Assembly: GCA_963817765.1 (NCBI GenBank)
Contig: CAWFPX010000010.1
Span: forward strand, 60,494-124,493
Origin: an uncultured Thermoleophilia bacterium
GTDB lineage: Bacteria > Actinomycetota > Thermoleophilia > Gaiellales > Gaiellaceae
Direction of reading: 5' to 3'
DNA: 64,000 nt
Every line of letters begins with the position of its first letter. Positions within the stretch are counted from its first letter, which is position 1. Of the stretch, positions 44,104 through 54,436 are shown piece after piece. Made by a program: the position numbers and the translations under genes. The notes beneath the pieces were generated by a model. The model was not told the DNA's origin. It saw only the letters and a program-made list of their open reading frames with translations, and made no database searches.

Positions 44104-45155
44104 GTGACCTCCTCCTGAATTGCCGGCTTGCGCAGGATCCGGTCCAGCCGTACTCCGACCTCGTCCGATGCGTGTCAGTCCGCCCGGGACGAAGAAAACG
44201 ACGAGGATGAACAACACACCGAGGATGAAGAGCGGCTGCTGCAGCGGGGTGCGGACGACCGAGGGGAGGCGTCGAGACGGCGTGCGACGACGAGAGGTCG
44301 CCGAGCCGGTGGTCAGCGTAGGTGTAGAGGATGCCGCCGATCATCGCGCCCCAGCGCGACCCGGTCCCGCCGAGACGACCATCAGGAGCAGCGTGAGTGT
44401 GAAGCTCGCGGTCGTCACCTCGGGGTTCGCGCCGCCGAGCAGTAGCAGGTAGACGATGCCGCCCGCGGTCGCAAGCATCGATGCGAGCACGAACGACATC
44501 AGCTTGTACGTGTACGGCTTCAGTCCCAGCACCTGGACTCGAAGCTCGTTCTCGCGGATCGCCTGCCAGACATGGCCCGGCGACGAGTTGACGGCCCAAC
44601 GCACGACCGCGAACACGGCCGCCGCGTAGCCGAGCGCGATCCAGTACAGATGCTTCGTGTTGAGGATGCCGACCGTCCACGCCGGAAGCTGGTGGTAGTC
44701 GACGCCGAATCCCTCCTCGCCGCCGGTCCAGCCGTACGGGATTCTTCAACACCAGGATCGAGCCCGGCCTGCGCGAAGGCGAGTGTCACCATGGCGAAGG
44801 CGATGCCGGCGACGCGTAGCGACACCGCCCCGAGGATGGCCGCGACGACGAACCCGACGATCGCAGTGAACGCGATCGAGACCCAAAAATCCCAGTGCCA
44901 GCGGGTCATGGCGATCGCCGAGATGTACACGCCGATGGCGAAGTAGAGCGCGTGACCGAACGACAGGAGGCCGGTGAAGCCGAAGAGCAGGTCGTAGCTC
45001 AACGCCAGCCCACCGAAGAGGAGGCAGAGCGCCAGCAACTCGAGTGTTCCGGGTGTATTCAGCCCACTCTCGAACAGGTAGGGGATGTCGATCGACAGCT
45101 TCGGCAGGAACGCGAGCGCGAGAAGGATCGCCGCCGGGACCAGGAACCGCTTCAT
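44104..45155 (-). pseudogene. livM: branched-chain amino acid ABC permease; about 3 frame breaks; 3' end uncertain
   Basis: MKRFLVPAAILLALAFL.., GLLSFGHALYFAIGVY, later SSPGHVWQAIRENELRVQVLGLKPYTYKL (ORF 44341..). The ATG at 45155 overlaps the livH stop (ATGA). Confidence 0.75.
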
Positions 45156-46033
45156 GCGAAGCTCCCGGACAGGCCGCGCGGCCGGATAATCAGCACGATC
45201 CCGAGTAGCAGCACAACGCTCAGATCGCCCAGCCCCGATGACGCGTAGTAGTTCGCGTACTGCTGAACGAGGCCGACGATCACCGCAGCCCAGGCTGTGC
45301 CCCGGATCGAGCCGAGACCGCCGATCACGACGACGATGAACGCGAAGATCACGAGTGATGTCCCTTGCTGCGGGTCGACCGTCGTCGAATAGAGGGTGTA
45401 GAGAACCGCTGCGATGCCCGCTGCGAGCCCCCCGATGCCGAAGACCAACGTGAACGACTTGCGGACGTCGATGCCGAGCGCGGTCACCATTGCGCGGTTC
45501 TCGACGCCGGCGCGGACGATGAGCCCGTAACGCGTCCGGCGCAGGAACGCCTCGAGCGCAAAGAGCACCACGACCGCAGCGGCGATCTCGAGCCAGCGGT
45601 CGTTCGGAATGTGCGCGCCGAAGACGGTCGTTGTCTGACTGACCCAGGCGGGAGCGGCTACGACGCGTGCGTCGCTCCCCCAGATCGCAGTCACGAGGGC
45701 GGTAACCGCGAGAGCGAGTCCGACGGTGACGAGCACCTGTTCGATGTGCCGGCCATACAGAGGGCGGATCAGAATGAGCTCCGTGAGAGCGGCGAAGACC
45801 GTCCCGACGATCAGGCCGACGAACGCGGCGATGAGAAAGCGGGGGAGTACCGGAAGGCCGCCGAGCTTCGATTCGGTGAACCACAGTGCGTACGCCGTCA
45901 CGGTGAGGAAGACGCCGTGCGCGAAGTTGAGAACGCCCATCAGGCCGTAGATCAGCGACAGCCCCGAGGCGATCAGGAAGTACATCGCCCCAAGACCGAG
46001 ACCGGTGATCGTCAGCAGGATGAAGGTGCTCAT
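45152..46033 (-). CDS. livH: branched-chain amino acid ABC permease
   Basis: Intact 293 aa. LIYGLMGVLNFAHG. Confidence 0.85.
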   Translation of the reverse strand: MSTFILLTITGLGLGAMYFLIASGLSLIYGLMGVLNFAHGVFLTVTAYALWFTESKLGGLPVLPRFLIAAFVGLIVGTVFAALTELILIRPLYGRHIEQVLVTVGLALAVTALVTAIWGSDARVVAAPAWVSQTTTVFGAHIPNDRWLEIAAAVVVLFALEAFLRRTRYGLIVRAGVENRAMVTALGIDVRKSFTLVFGIGGLAAGIAAVLYTLYSTTVDPQQGTSLVIFAFIVVVIGGLGSIRGTAWAAVIVGLVQQYANYYASSGLGDLSVVLLLGIVLIIRPRGLSGSFA

Positions 46034-46037
46034 GGGA

Positions 46038-46729
46038 TCAGCCGACTCCGAGCATCCGATGGATCATCGGCTTGTCGTCGAGCAGTTCCCTGGCCGGCCC
46101 GATGTGGACAACGCGTCCGGTGTCGAGCACCACAGCGTCACGTGCGACACGCTGCACGACACCAAGGTTCTGCTCCACGAGCAGCACCGTCGTCAGCTCC
46201 GACACCCGCTCGAGCACCAGTGCGACCTCGGTGACAAGCAGAGGCGCGAGACCCTTGGTCGGCTCGTCGACGAGCAGGACGCGGTTCTCGTTCAAGAGGG
46301 CCCTGCCGATCGCAAGCATCTGCTGCTGCCCTCCAGAGAGCGTGCCTGCGGCCTGTTTGCCGCGCTCGCGGCAGCTCCGGAAACAGGTCATAGACGAGGT
46401 CGTACCGGGGCTGTGTGTCGCGCTCTGCGAGCCGAAGGTTCTCGTCGACCGTCAGCGCCGAAAAGACATCGCGATCCTCGGGGACGTATCCCGACTCCGC
46501 GCTGGACGATCTTGTGTGTCGGCACCTGTTGGATCTCGCGGCTCGCGAACTCGATCGTGCCTCGCCGATCGACGAGCCCCAGCAACGCCCGCAGCGTGGT
46601 CGTCTTGCCGACCCCGTTTCGGCCGAGCAGCGCGGTCACACCACCCTCCGCGACGTCGAACGAGATCCCCTGCAGCACATGGGACTCGCCGAGATAGACG
46701 TGCAGGTCCCGAATCGAGAGCAGTGGCAA
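46038..46729 (-). pseudogene. livF: branched-chain amino acid ABC ATPase; 2 frame breaks
   Basis: GRNGVGKTT (ORF 46388..) and LSGGQQQMLAIGRAL, LLVDEP (ORF 46038..). Confidence 0.8.
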
Positions 46730-47488
46730 CTACAGCTCTTCCCCGAGGTACGCTTTTCGAACGGTCTCGTTGCTCATGATCGCGGCGGGGGTGTCGATCG
46801 CGAGCAGCCTGCCGTGGTGCATCACCGCGATCCGCTGGGCGAGCCCGGTGACCACCTCCATGTGGTGCTCGACCATGAGCACCGTCTTGCCCTCGTCGGC
46901 ATGCACGGAGCGGATCAGTTCGACGAGCTCCGGCACGTCTTCCACCGACACGCCCGCCATCGGCTCGTCGAGCAGGAGCACCCGCGGTCGGCCGGCGAGC
47001 AGCATGGCGAGCTCGAGCTTGCGCTTGTCGCCATGCGAGAGGAGCCCGGCGGCGGAGAGATCCCGGCCGCCCAGGCCAACCCGGCCGATCGCCCACGTCG
47101 CCCGGTCGAGAGCCTCGCGAACGGCGGCTGCGCGCCGCCAGATTCGGGTTGTCCCACCGATCGCCGCCTCGGCAGCGAGCCGGACATTCTCGTGCACCGA
47201 GAGCAGCGGAAAGACATTCGACACCTGGAACGTCCTCCCGAGACCGGCCCGTGCACGCAGGAACGGCGGCTGGTCCGTGATGTCGACGCCGCCCAGTTCG
47301 ACGCTGCCGCTCGTCGGTCGGCGCAGGCCAGAGACGAGGTTGAAGAGCGTCGTCTTGCCTGCCCCGTTCGGGCCGATCACGGCGACCAGTTCACCCTCGC
47401 CGACCTCGAGCCCGACATCGGCGACGATTGTCGCGCCGCCGATGTCGAGTCCGAGGTTCCTGGTTGCGAGGATCGGAGATGCGCTCAC
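46730..47488 (-). CDS. livG: branched-chain amino acid ABC ATPase
   Basis: GPNGAGKTT, LSHGDKRKLELA and LLLDEP. Intact. Confidence 0.85.
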   Translation of the reverse strand: MSASPILATRNLGLDIGGATIVADVGLEVGEGELVAVIGPNGAGKTTLFNLVSGLRRPTSGSVELGGVDITDQPPFLRARAGLGRTFQVSNVFPLLSVHENVRLAAEAAIGGTTRIWRRAAAVREALDRATWAIGRVGLGGRDLSAAGLLSHGDKRKLELAMLLAGRPRVLLLDEPMAGVSVEDVPELVELIRSVHADEGKTVLMVEHHMEVVTGLAQRIAVMHHGRLLAIDTPAAIMSNETVRKAYLGEEL

Positions 47489-47511
47489 GCGCTGATGATG
47501 CCTTCGGCCCC

Positions 47512-48693
47512 TTAGCCCTTCATCGCCACGATAGGCGGCGCCGTGTCGTACGGCGACGCGGTGCCGAGCACCTTGGCGACGAGGTGGCCGTTCTTCATCA
47601 CAAGCGCGATCCGGAACATCGGCTGCAGCATCGCGTGATCCTGCGGCCGGATCGCCTGGAAGCCCTTGGGGGCGAGAAACTTCCAGCCCTCGAGTGCGCT
47701 GATCATCTTGTCGACGTTGTAGTCGCCCTTCTGCAAGGCGTGCACGAGCATCTGCGCCTGGACAAACCCGTCCGGCGTGAAGAGGTCCGGCACCTGACCG
47801 CGCTTGCGCATTTGCTGCACGAGCCAGTTGTTCACCTTGTTCTTCGGAGCGGTGTAGTCGTAGTGCGACAGGAAGTGGATCTTGGTCGCCTGGTCGCCGA
47901 ACGCGGCCCAGGTCGCCCGTTCAGCGAGACCCGTGACGACCTGGGTTCCCGCGTACACGCCTTGCTGGTCGAGCGTCTTGAACATCGCTCCGCCCGTCGT
48001 GCCCGCCCAGGCGACGAAGAGGAGATCGGGATTCGCGTTCTTCGCCTGCTGGGCAAACGGGGTGAAGTCGGTGGCCGTGAGCGGCACCGAAATCTCGGAC
48101 ACATTGTGACCGGTGAAGAATGCCTTCACCGCCGCGTAGTTGCCATGCCCGAAGACGCTGTCCTGGTCGAAGACGACAACCTTCTTCCCCGTGGTCTTGC
48201 CGAGGAACGACTTCGCATCGAGGACGTCCTGGATCGTCTGCCGTCCGGCACGAAACGTGTACTTGTTGATACCGGTGATCGCATCAGCGGCCGCGGGGCC
48301 GGAGATGTAGAGCACCTGGTTCTGAGCTGCCAGCGGGGCGACCTGCACTGCGACACCCGACGAACCAGTGCCCATGAGGATCTTGACGCCCTGCCCGATC
48401 AGGTTCTTCGCTTCGGTGACGCCGGTCGCGGCAACACCCTGGTCGTCCTGATAGGTGATGTTGAGCGTCTTGCCGTTCACCTTGCCCGTGCCGTTCGTGG
48501 CGTACTGAAGCCCGTACTTGAACCCTTCGAGCTCCTCGGCACCGTACGCGCCGAGGATTCCGGTGCGCGGATAGATGAACCCGATGTTGTAGGAAGCCGA
48601 CGTGTGCTGGGAGCGTGCGGCAACCGTGGCCGTCCCGGCGAGCAGCGTGAAGAGCGCAGCCCCAAGTAGAACCTTCATGAAGCGATGACGCAT
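47512..48693 (-). CDS. livJ: ABC substrate-binding protein (Leu/Ile/Val-binding family)
   Basis: Signal peptide, then a type-1 periplasmic-binding-fold pattern. Alternative start at Met6 (48678). Confidence 0.75.
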   Translation of the reverse strand: MRHRFMKVLLGAALFTLLAGTATVAARSQHTSASYNIGFIYPRTGILGAYGAEELEGFKYGLQYATNGTGKVNGKTLNITYQDDQGVAATGVTEAKNLIGQGVKILMGTGSSGVAVQVAPLAAQNQVLYISGPAAADAITGINKYTFRAGRQTIQDVLDAKSFLGKTTGKKVVVFDQDSVFGHGNYAAVKAFFTGHNVSEISVPLTATDFTPFAQQAKNANPDLLFVAWAGTTGGAMFKTLDQQGVYAGTQVVTGLAERATWAAFGDQATKIHFLSHYDYTAPKNKVNNWLVQQMRKRGQVPDLFTPDGFVQAQMLVHALQKGDYNVDKMISALEGWKFLAPKGFQAIRPQDHAMLQPMFRIALVMKNGHLVAKVLGTASPYDTAPPIVAMKG

Positions 48694-48727
48694 GAACGCA
48701 TCCTCCTGGTATGAGTGCCCGAACCTG

Positions 48728-48775
48728 ACACCTGATTCAGGTGTGAGTTATTGCCTTTCAGATAGGACCTGTCAA
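48728..48775 (-). promoter_or_regulatory. TTGACA -35-like box plus 8-1-8 palindrome ACACCTGA-T-TCAGGTGT upstream of the liv operon
   Basis: Palindrome at 48728-48744. TTGACA (minus strand) at 48770-48775. Local AT-richer patch 35-80 nt upstream of the livJ start. Confidence 0.45.
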
Positions 48776-48923
48776 GGGCCCCGAAGTTAGCCAGGCCGGG
48801 ACTCCACTCCTGCGGCGCTCCCTGCTGCCGGATCTGGCAGCCGGAGAAACGGCAGCATCGTCATCTCTCGGACGGGCCGAAACCAGAAGCTGCTGTGGTC
48901 GGGCACAAGCGGGCTACTGTCAG

Positions 48924-49749
48924 GTGCAGATGACCGTGTCACACACAACCGCCCCCTACCGGCTTGTGCTGCTCCGCCACGGCGAGAGCGTCTGGAACCA
49001 GCTTGGCCTTTTCACCGGCTGGGTCGACGTCGACCTGACCGACCGGGGCATCGACGAGGCCGCCGAGGCAGGCCGTCTGCTCGCGGCCGCCGGGCTGCTG
49101 CCCGACCTTGTCCACACTTCGCTTCTCGGCCCGGGCGATCGAGACAACCCAGGGTGCCCTTGCCGCCTGTGACCGCCGCTGGATTCCGGTTGAGCGTTCC
49201 TGGCGGCTGAACGAACGCCACTACGGAGGCCTGCAAGGCAAGTCGAAGGAGCAGATCCGGGCCGAGTTCGGCGAGGAGCAGTTCATGCTCTGGCGGCGCT
49301 CCTACGACGTGCCGCCGCCGCCGGTCGAACCGGGCTCCGAATGGGCTGCGACCGGCGATGCCCGTTACGCGAACCTTGCTCCCGAGCTTCTTCCTGCGAC
49401 CGAATGTCTGAAGGACGTGCTGGAACGGGCGCTCCCCTACTGGCAGGACCGGGTCGTGCCCGACCTGCGCTCCGGCAAGGTCGTACTTGTCTCCGCCCAC
49501 GGCAACTCGTTGCGCGCACTTGTCAAGCATCTGGACGGGATCGCCGACGAGAAAATCGCGAAAGTGAACCTGCCGACCGGGATCCCGCTGCTCTACGAGT
49601 TGGGCGCCGACCTGCGTCCGCTGCGTCCCGTCGATCCGGCCTTCGGCTGCTCCGGCGTCTTTCTTGACCCGCAGGCCGCGTCCGCTTCGATCGACCAGGT
49701 CAAGCAGCAGGGACAGACGGTGCGCGGCATGACCCCGACCGGCCCGTAG
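48924..49749 (+). pseudogene. gpmA: 2,3-bisphosphoglycerate-dependent phosphoglycerate mutase; one frame break near 49125
   Basis: [12 protein letters not shown] (ORF 48924..), then [15 protein letters not shown] and [14 protein letters not shown] (ORF 49108..). Confidence 0.85.
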
Positions 49750-49797
49750 CCTCCCTTTCGCACCGCAAGAGTGGAGGAGGGAACACGGAGCCGATGA

Positions 49798-49870
49798 TGG
49801 AGCGTGCCGGGATCGAACCGGCGACCTCCGCCTTGCAAAGGCGGCGCTCTCCCAGCTGAGCTAACGCCCC
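49798..49870 (-). tRNA. tRNA-Ala(UGC): tRNA-Ala (anticodon UGC)
   Basis: Reverse complement GGGGCGTTAGCTCAGCTGGGAGAGCGCCGCCTTTGCAAGGCGGAGGTCGCCGGTTCGATCCCGGCACGCTCCA. Has the G3:U70 Ala identity pair, anticodon loop CTTGCAA and T-loop GGTTCGATCC. CCA is not encoded. Confidence 0.95.
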
Positions 49871-49973
49871 GAGCGGGCGGATTGTATCTCGCAGCGAGAA
49901 ATGTCAACGAGACGCTCGAGGCGCCCCCGCCCCATCCGGGGGTCGCCTCGCTCGCTCGAGGATGCGCCGGCCT

Positions 49974-50216
49974 CTAGGCCGCGCGCGAGAGCCGCTCTTC
50001 TTGCCTGGCCCTCTGGATGATCAAGTCCCGGTCTCCGTTCCGGAGCAGGGCGCGTGCATTGCGCTGTTCATCCCAGAGCTGCGCGATGCGCTCTTCGAGC
50101 TCGAGATGCTCTGATTTGAGCGTCGAATCGAACCCCTGGGACAGCGCTCGCATGACGTCCGAGCGACGGTCGGAGAGGCGGTCGATCTCCTGTTTGATGT
50201 CGGTCAGCGTTCGCAT
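49974..50216 (-). CDS. small coiled-coil protein (DUF2630-like, recalled)
   Basis: 80 aa from Met78 of ORF 49974..50447 (MRTLTDIKQEIDRLSDRR...IAQLWDEQR). Confidence 0.4.
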   Translation of the reverse strand: MRTLTDIKQEIDRLSDRRSDVMRALSQGFDSTLKSEHLELEERIAQLWDEQRNARALLRNGDRDLIIQRARQEERLSRAA

Positions 50217-50250
50217 GTACGTAAAAACGCCTACCCGGCGCCGGGTATTC

Positions 50251-50552
50251 CTATGAATACCCGAGCTCGTCGAGCCGGTCCTCGTCGAGGCCGAATTCGT
50301 GGGCGAGCTCGTGCAGAACCGTGATCCGGATCTCCGCTTCGAGCTCGGCCGGGTCGGGAAACGACTCGACGAGCGGGTGCCGGTAGATGGTGATCTTCGT
50401 TGGCAGGAACTCGTGGGTCTCCCAGAGCCCAAAGAGGTCTGGATCATCCGGATGCTGCGTCCTCGACGACGACGGCGACGTTCTCGAGCGCCTGCGCAAG
50501 CTCAGCGCGGCAACTCGTCGAGGGCGCGCTGGACGTGCTCGTCGAAGGTCAC
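50251..50552 (-). pseudogene. small zinc-metallopeptidase-like protein (HExxH); about 2 frame breaks
   Basis: VLHELAHEFGLDE in ORF 50251..50499. The N-terminus VTFDEHVQRALDELP and ALENVAVVVED lie in other frames. Confidence 0.5.
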
Positions 50553-50570
50553 CGAGCGCCCCTCCCGGCC

Positions 50571-51126
50571 TCAGATCTCGTCCCCGAGCAGGTCGCGGAG
50601 CTTCGAGAGCGCGGCGAACATCCGGCTCTTCACCGTCCCGAGCGGCACGCCGAGGCGCTCCGCCAGCTCAGACTGCGAGAGCCCGCCGTAATAGGCGCAG
50701 CTCGAGGGCCTCGCGCTGCTCCGCCGGCAGCCGTGCGAGCGCGGCCTGGACGTTGCGCCGCTGCTCGCGTACAGCGGCCGTCTCGTCCGTGGCCTCGCCG
50801 GCCGCGGCGGGTGCGTCGTCGAGGGGCCGGCCACGCCGCCGGTCCTCGCGGCGCACGACGTCGACCGCCCGCCGGTGCACGAGGGTCAGGACCCAGGTGG
50901 ACGCCCTGCCGCGGTCGGAATCGAACGACACCGCCGTGCGCCACACGGCGAGAAACGCATCCTGGACGGCATCCTCGGCGAGCGCCGGGTCCCGCAGGAT
51001 CCGGTGAGCGAGCCCGTAGGCGACGCGGCCGAAGCGGTCGTAGAGCTCCGCCAGCGCGCCCTCGTCCGCACGCGCGACGCGCGCAAGGACGTCCTCGTCT
51101 GTGAGCTGTCCGAGCGGGGGCGACAT
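50571..51126 (-). pseudogene. ECF-type RNA polymerase sigma factor; one frame break near 50700
   Basis: Region 2 DAVQDAFLAVWR..WVLTLVHRRAVD (ORF 50668..). Region 4 LSQSELAERLGVPLGTVKSRM (ORF 50571..). Confidence 0.8.
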
Positions 51127-51163
51127 CGACGGCCTCGCAAGCCTACGGTGTGCGGCGGCGCGA

Positions 51164-51842
51164 TCAGAAGACGTACGGCACGAGCGCGAGTGCCCCGAGG
51201 GCGTACCAGGCGCCGAAGCAGACCCCGATCGCACCGAACGCCGGGACGATCCGGGCGAACGCGCGCTGCATGCGCGGGCGCCCGAGCACGTAGCCGAACC
51301 CGGTCGAGAGCATCGCCATCGAGATCGCGGTGCAGCCGGCGAAGAGGCCAAGTGCCACGAGCGCGAGCACATGGCTGTGGATCGCGGCGAGCAGGAGCAC
51401 TCCGACTCCGCCGCTGCCGCCGATCCCGTGGACGAGGCCGATGCCGTAGGCCTGCCAGGGCGTGCGCCGCGGTGGGACACGCAGATGTGCGTGGTCGTGG
51501 GCGAACGCACCCCGCCGCCAGCGGAGCAGCAACCAGAGCGCCAGCGCCATGATCACGAGCCCGATCGCCACCTCGGCGCTCTCCTCGACGCGTCGGCGGG
51601 AGATAGGACTTCCAGATCACGATCGGGACGCCGAGCACGAGGAGCGAGGATGCGTGGCCGAGCCCCCAGGTGAGGCCGAGCCGTGTCGCGCCACCGCGCC
51701 CGTTCGTCACGAGTGTCGTGACGGCGGCGAGGTGGTCGGGGTCGGTCGCGTGCCGTAGGCCGAGCAGGATCGCGATGCCGACGACGATGACGAGGGTCGT
51801 GCCGTCCGAGAAGTGGATGAGCCAGTGGTCGAGGCCGAACAT
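51164..51842 (-). pseudogene. NiCoT-like nickel/cobalt transporter-family membrane protein; one frame break near 51590
   Basis: LRHATDPDHLAAV (HX4DH-type signature), WGLGHASS and GLVHGIGGSGG. Confidence 0.6.
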
Positions 51843-53135
51843 CAGAGGTTCACTTTCGGGAGCGCGCGGAGGACCATCCCGATGCCGGCGACGACGATCA
51901 CGAACGCGCTGACCGCAGGGAGCACGCTCAGGAGGCGGCCGCCGCTGTCGAAGCGGGCGAACGCGCGCTTGGCGAGCACGGCGACGAGGCCGACGCAGGT
52001 GATCGCGAGCGCAAGGCCGACGCTGAAGGCGAGTACGAGCAGCATTCCGAAGGCGACGCGGTGCAGCGAGATCGCCGCCAGCAGGACGACGAGCGCCGAG
52101 GGGCATGGAAGGAGGCCGCCGGAGATGCCGACGGCGAGCAGCGAGCGGCGCTCGCCGTGGCCGTGGTTGTGGTCGTGATGGTGGTCGTGGCCGTGCGTAT
52201 GCGCGCGGGCGTGCCGGGCGCGGGCGGCGAGCACGAACGCGCCGACGCCCACGACGAGCACGCCCGCGCTCAGGTCGAGCCAGGGATAGAGCCGGTCGGG
52301 AACGATCCACTGCGAGAGCAGGAGGGTGACTCCGCCGAGCGCGAACACCCCCGCCGTGTGGGTGGCAGTCGTGATCAGTCCGAGCAGAGCGGCGTGCCAG
52401 GGTGTCCCGCGCGAGCCGACCATGTAGGCGGAGACGATCGTCTTCCCGTGGCCGGGCGAGAGCGCGTGTGCCGCACCCCAGAAGACGGCGAGCAGGAGCG
52501 ACACGAGCACGACCAGCGCGCTCAGGTGGCGACGGACGACGAGCGAGGCGAACCCGGAATCGGCGATCCGGTCGGGCGCGGCGAGCGCCTTCCCGGAGAG
52601 CAGCACCGGCGGCGCATCGTGGGTCGGGCCGAGGCTCGCGGAGGCCTGGGAGACGTTGAGCGGGCTCGAAAGCAGGTCCTTCGGATAGGCGCGCAACTCG
52701 CTCGAGGTCGAGTGGGTGTTCGCTCCGAAGACGATCTCCTTCCACCCGATGCGGTTCGCGTAGTTGCGATCGTTCACGGTGACCTTCATATCGCGTGCGA
52801 CGCGCGGGTCCGGCGAGGATCGCCTGGAAACGTGTTGTGCGCAGTCCCGCCGCCCCACGCGGGTGGGCGAGGACAGTGCGAAGCACTCGAAGCCTCACCG
52901 GTTGGCCGTTCGCGGTGATCGAGAGCGCGCCGATACGAATCGGAACGCGCTGCAGGGTCGGGATCTCGGCCATGTCGACGACGTAGCGCACGTACAGCCG
53001 GTCGCCGGCCACCTCGACGCGCGCGAAGCGATTGATGGTGAAGTTACCGAGCGGGTGCGCCGACGCGGTGGCGACCGGCACGAGCAGGTAGCAAAGCGTG
53101 GCGACGAGCAGCAGGCGCTTCGTCAGTCGCTTCAT
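51842..53135 (-). pseudogene. RcnA/NicO-like metal transporter fused to an N-terminal extracytoplasmic domain; one frame break near 52810
   Basis: Signal peptide MKRLTKRLLLVATLCYLLVPVATASA + HPLGNFTINRF.., then HALSPGHGKT, His-rich loop HARAHTHGHDHHHDHNHGHGE and GGLLPCPSAL. Confidence 0.65.
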
Positions 53136-54436
53136 GATGCGAGCCTCCTCAGGGTCGAGGTCCAGAGAACGGAGAAGTGAGGGTTGAGCGCCGAGGCGCG
53201 GCGCGCCCAGGGTCGGGGGTCGTGGCCGAGGCAGCGCTCGATCTCGGCGCGGTGGAAGAGCTTGGCGGAGTCATTCGTGCCGAGCCGCAGTGCCAGACGG
53301 GAGTAGTGCAGCGCCTCGCCACAGCGGCCGTTCCGTTCGAGCGCCCACGCAAGGACGTCGTCCCCGTCGATCGAGGGCCGCTCGCGCTGGGCCCGGCGGG
53401 CGAGCGCGAGCGAGGCGTGCAGGCGGATGCCGTGGTCGACGTCGAAGAGGGCGGTCTCGAGATCGGTGCGGACGCCGTTGGCGGCGAAGAGGCGCCGGAT
53501 CCCGTCCTCGGTCGCGTACTGAACCGCGGCCGCATGCGGATGGCCGGTGGCGTGCAGCAGGTCGGCGTACAGACCGACGAACTGCGGCAGCGGGATCGTG
53601 TCGACGGCGCGCCGCTCCAGCGCTGTTGCGTGCACGAGGCGCCCGCGGGCGAGCTCGAGCTGCGCCATCGCGTCGAGCGCATAGACGTAGTCGGGGAACG
53701 TGTGCAGCGACTCGTGGAGATAGGTCGAGGCGGACGTCAGCCGCCCGCGGGCGAGCTCGAGCTTCCCGAGCTGCCACTCGGTCCAGGCGAGCGGCTCCTT
53801 CTCGTCGGCCGCAGCGTCGCGGGCGAGCAGCAGCGCTTCATGGGCGCCGTCGTCGTTGCCGAGCAGCTCGCGTGCATAGGCGACCCGGGCATACGACGAC
53901 ACGCTCGGCTGCAGACGCGCCATCGTGTCGAAGGCGTGGAATGCTGCGCGGTAGCGTCCGAGCTCGACGAGCGCGTCGCCCACGGCCCCGTAGTTGCGTG
54001 CCGTCGTCGGTGAGATCTTCACGGCCTGCCGGCCGAGCGCAAGGGCGCTGCCGAACCGGTGCCGGGAGAGTGCGAGCGAGGCGAGGCCGCCGGTCGCGTC
54101 GAGGTCATGTGGGGCGAGTCGCCGTGCGCGGTGCAGGACGCCGGCGGACTTCGCGTAGTACGAGGGGTCGCCCGTCTCGCGGGCGCGCTGCTGGTAGGCG
54201 AGCCCGAGCAGGTCGAGCCCGCGCACGTTCGTCGGCCGGGCGCGCAGCCCGGCCTGCAGCTGGAGCACGAGCGCCTGCGTGTTGCCGGCGGCGAACCCGG
54301 CCGCCAACTGTCCCGAAGCGCCATGGCTTGGGGACAGTCCCCGGGACGTGCCCGTTTCGGCCAGGCCTCCGAAGAGGAGGGCGGTGGCGGCCGTGGCCGC
54401 CACCGCCCCTGCGACGAGAAGCCGCGTCCTCGTCAT
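53132..54436 (-). CDS. exported tetratricopeptide-repeat protein
   Basis: N-terminal hydrophobic segment, then repeated TPR-like A..Y..LG/A..A motifs. Intact 434 aa. Confidence 0.6.
   Translation of the reverse strand: MTRTRLLVAGAVAATAATALLFGGLAETGTSRGLSPSHGASGQLAAGFAAGNTQALVLQLQAGLRARPTNVRGLDLLGLAYQQRARETGDPSYYAKSAGVLHRARRLAPHDLDATGGLASLALSRHRFGSALALGRQAVKISPTTARNYGAVGDALVELGRYRAAFHAFDTMARLQPSVSSYARVAYARELLGNDDGAHEALLLARDAAADEKEPLAWTEWQLGKLELARGRLTSASTYLHESLHTFPDYVYALDAMAQLELARGRLVHATALERRAVDTIPLPQFVGLYADLLHATGHPHAAAVQYATEDGIRRLFAANGVRTDLETALFDVDHGIRLHASLALARRAQRERPSIDGDDVLAWALERNGRCGEALHYSRLALRLGTNDSAKLFHRAEIERCLGHDPRPWARRASALNPHFSVLWTSTLRRLAS

Noticed and set aside
49798-50600. tRNA-Ala as an integration site of a genomic island
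   Set aside because: No integrase next to the tRNA and no direct repeat of the tRNA 3' end noticed downstream. The flanking genes look like ordinary chromosomal content.
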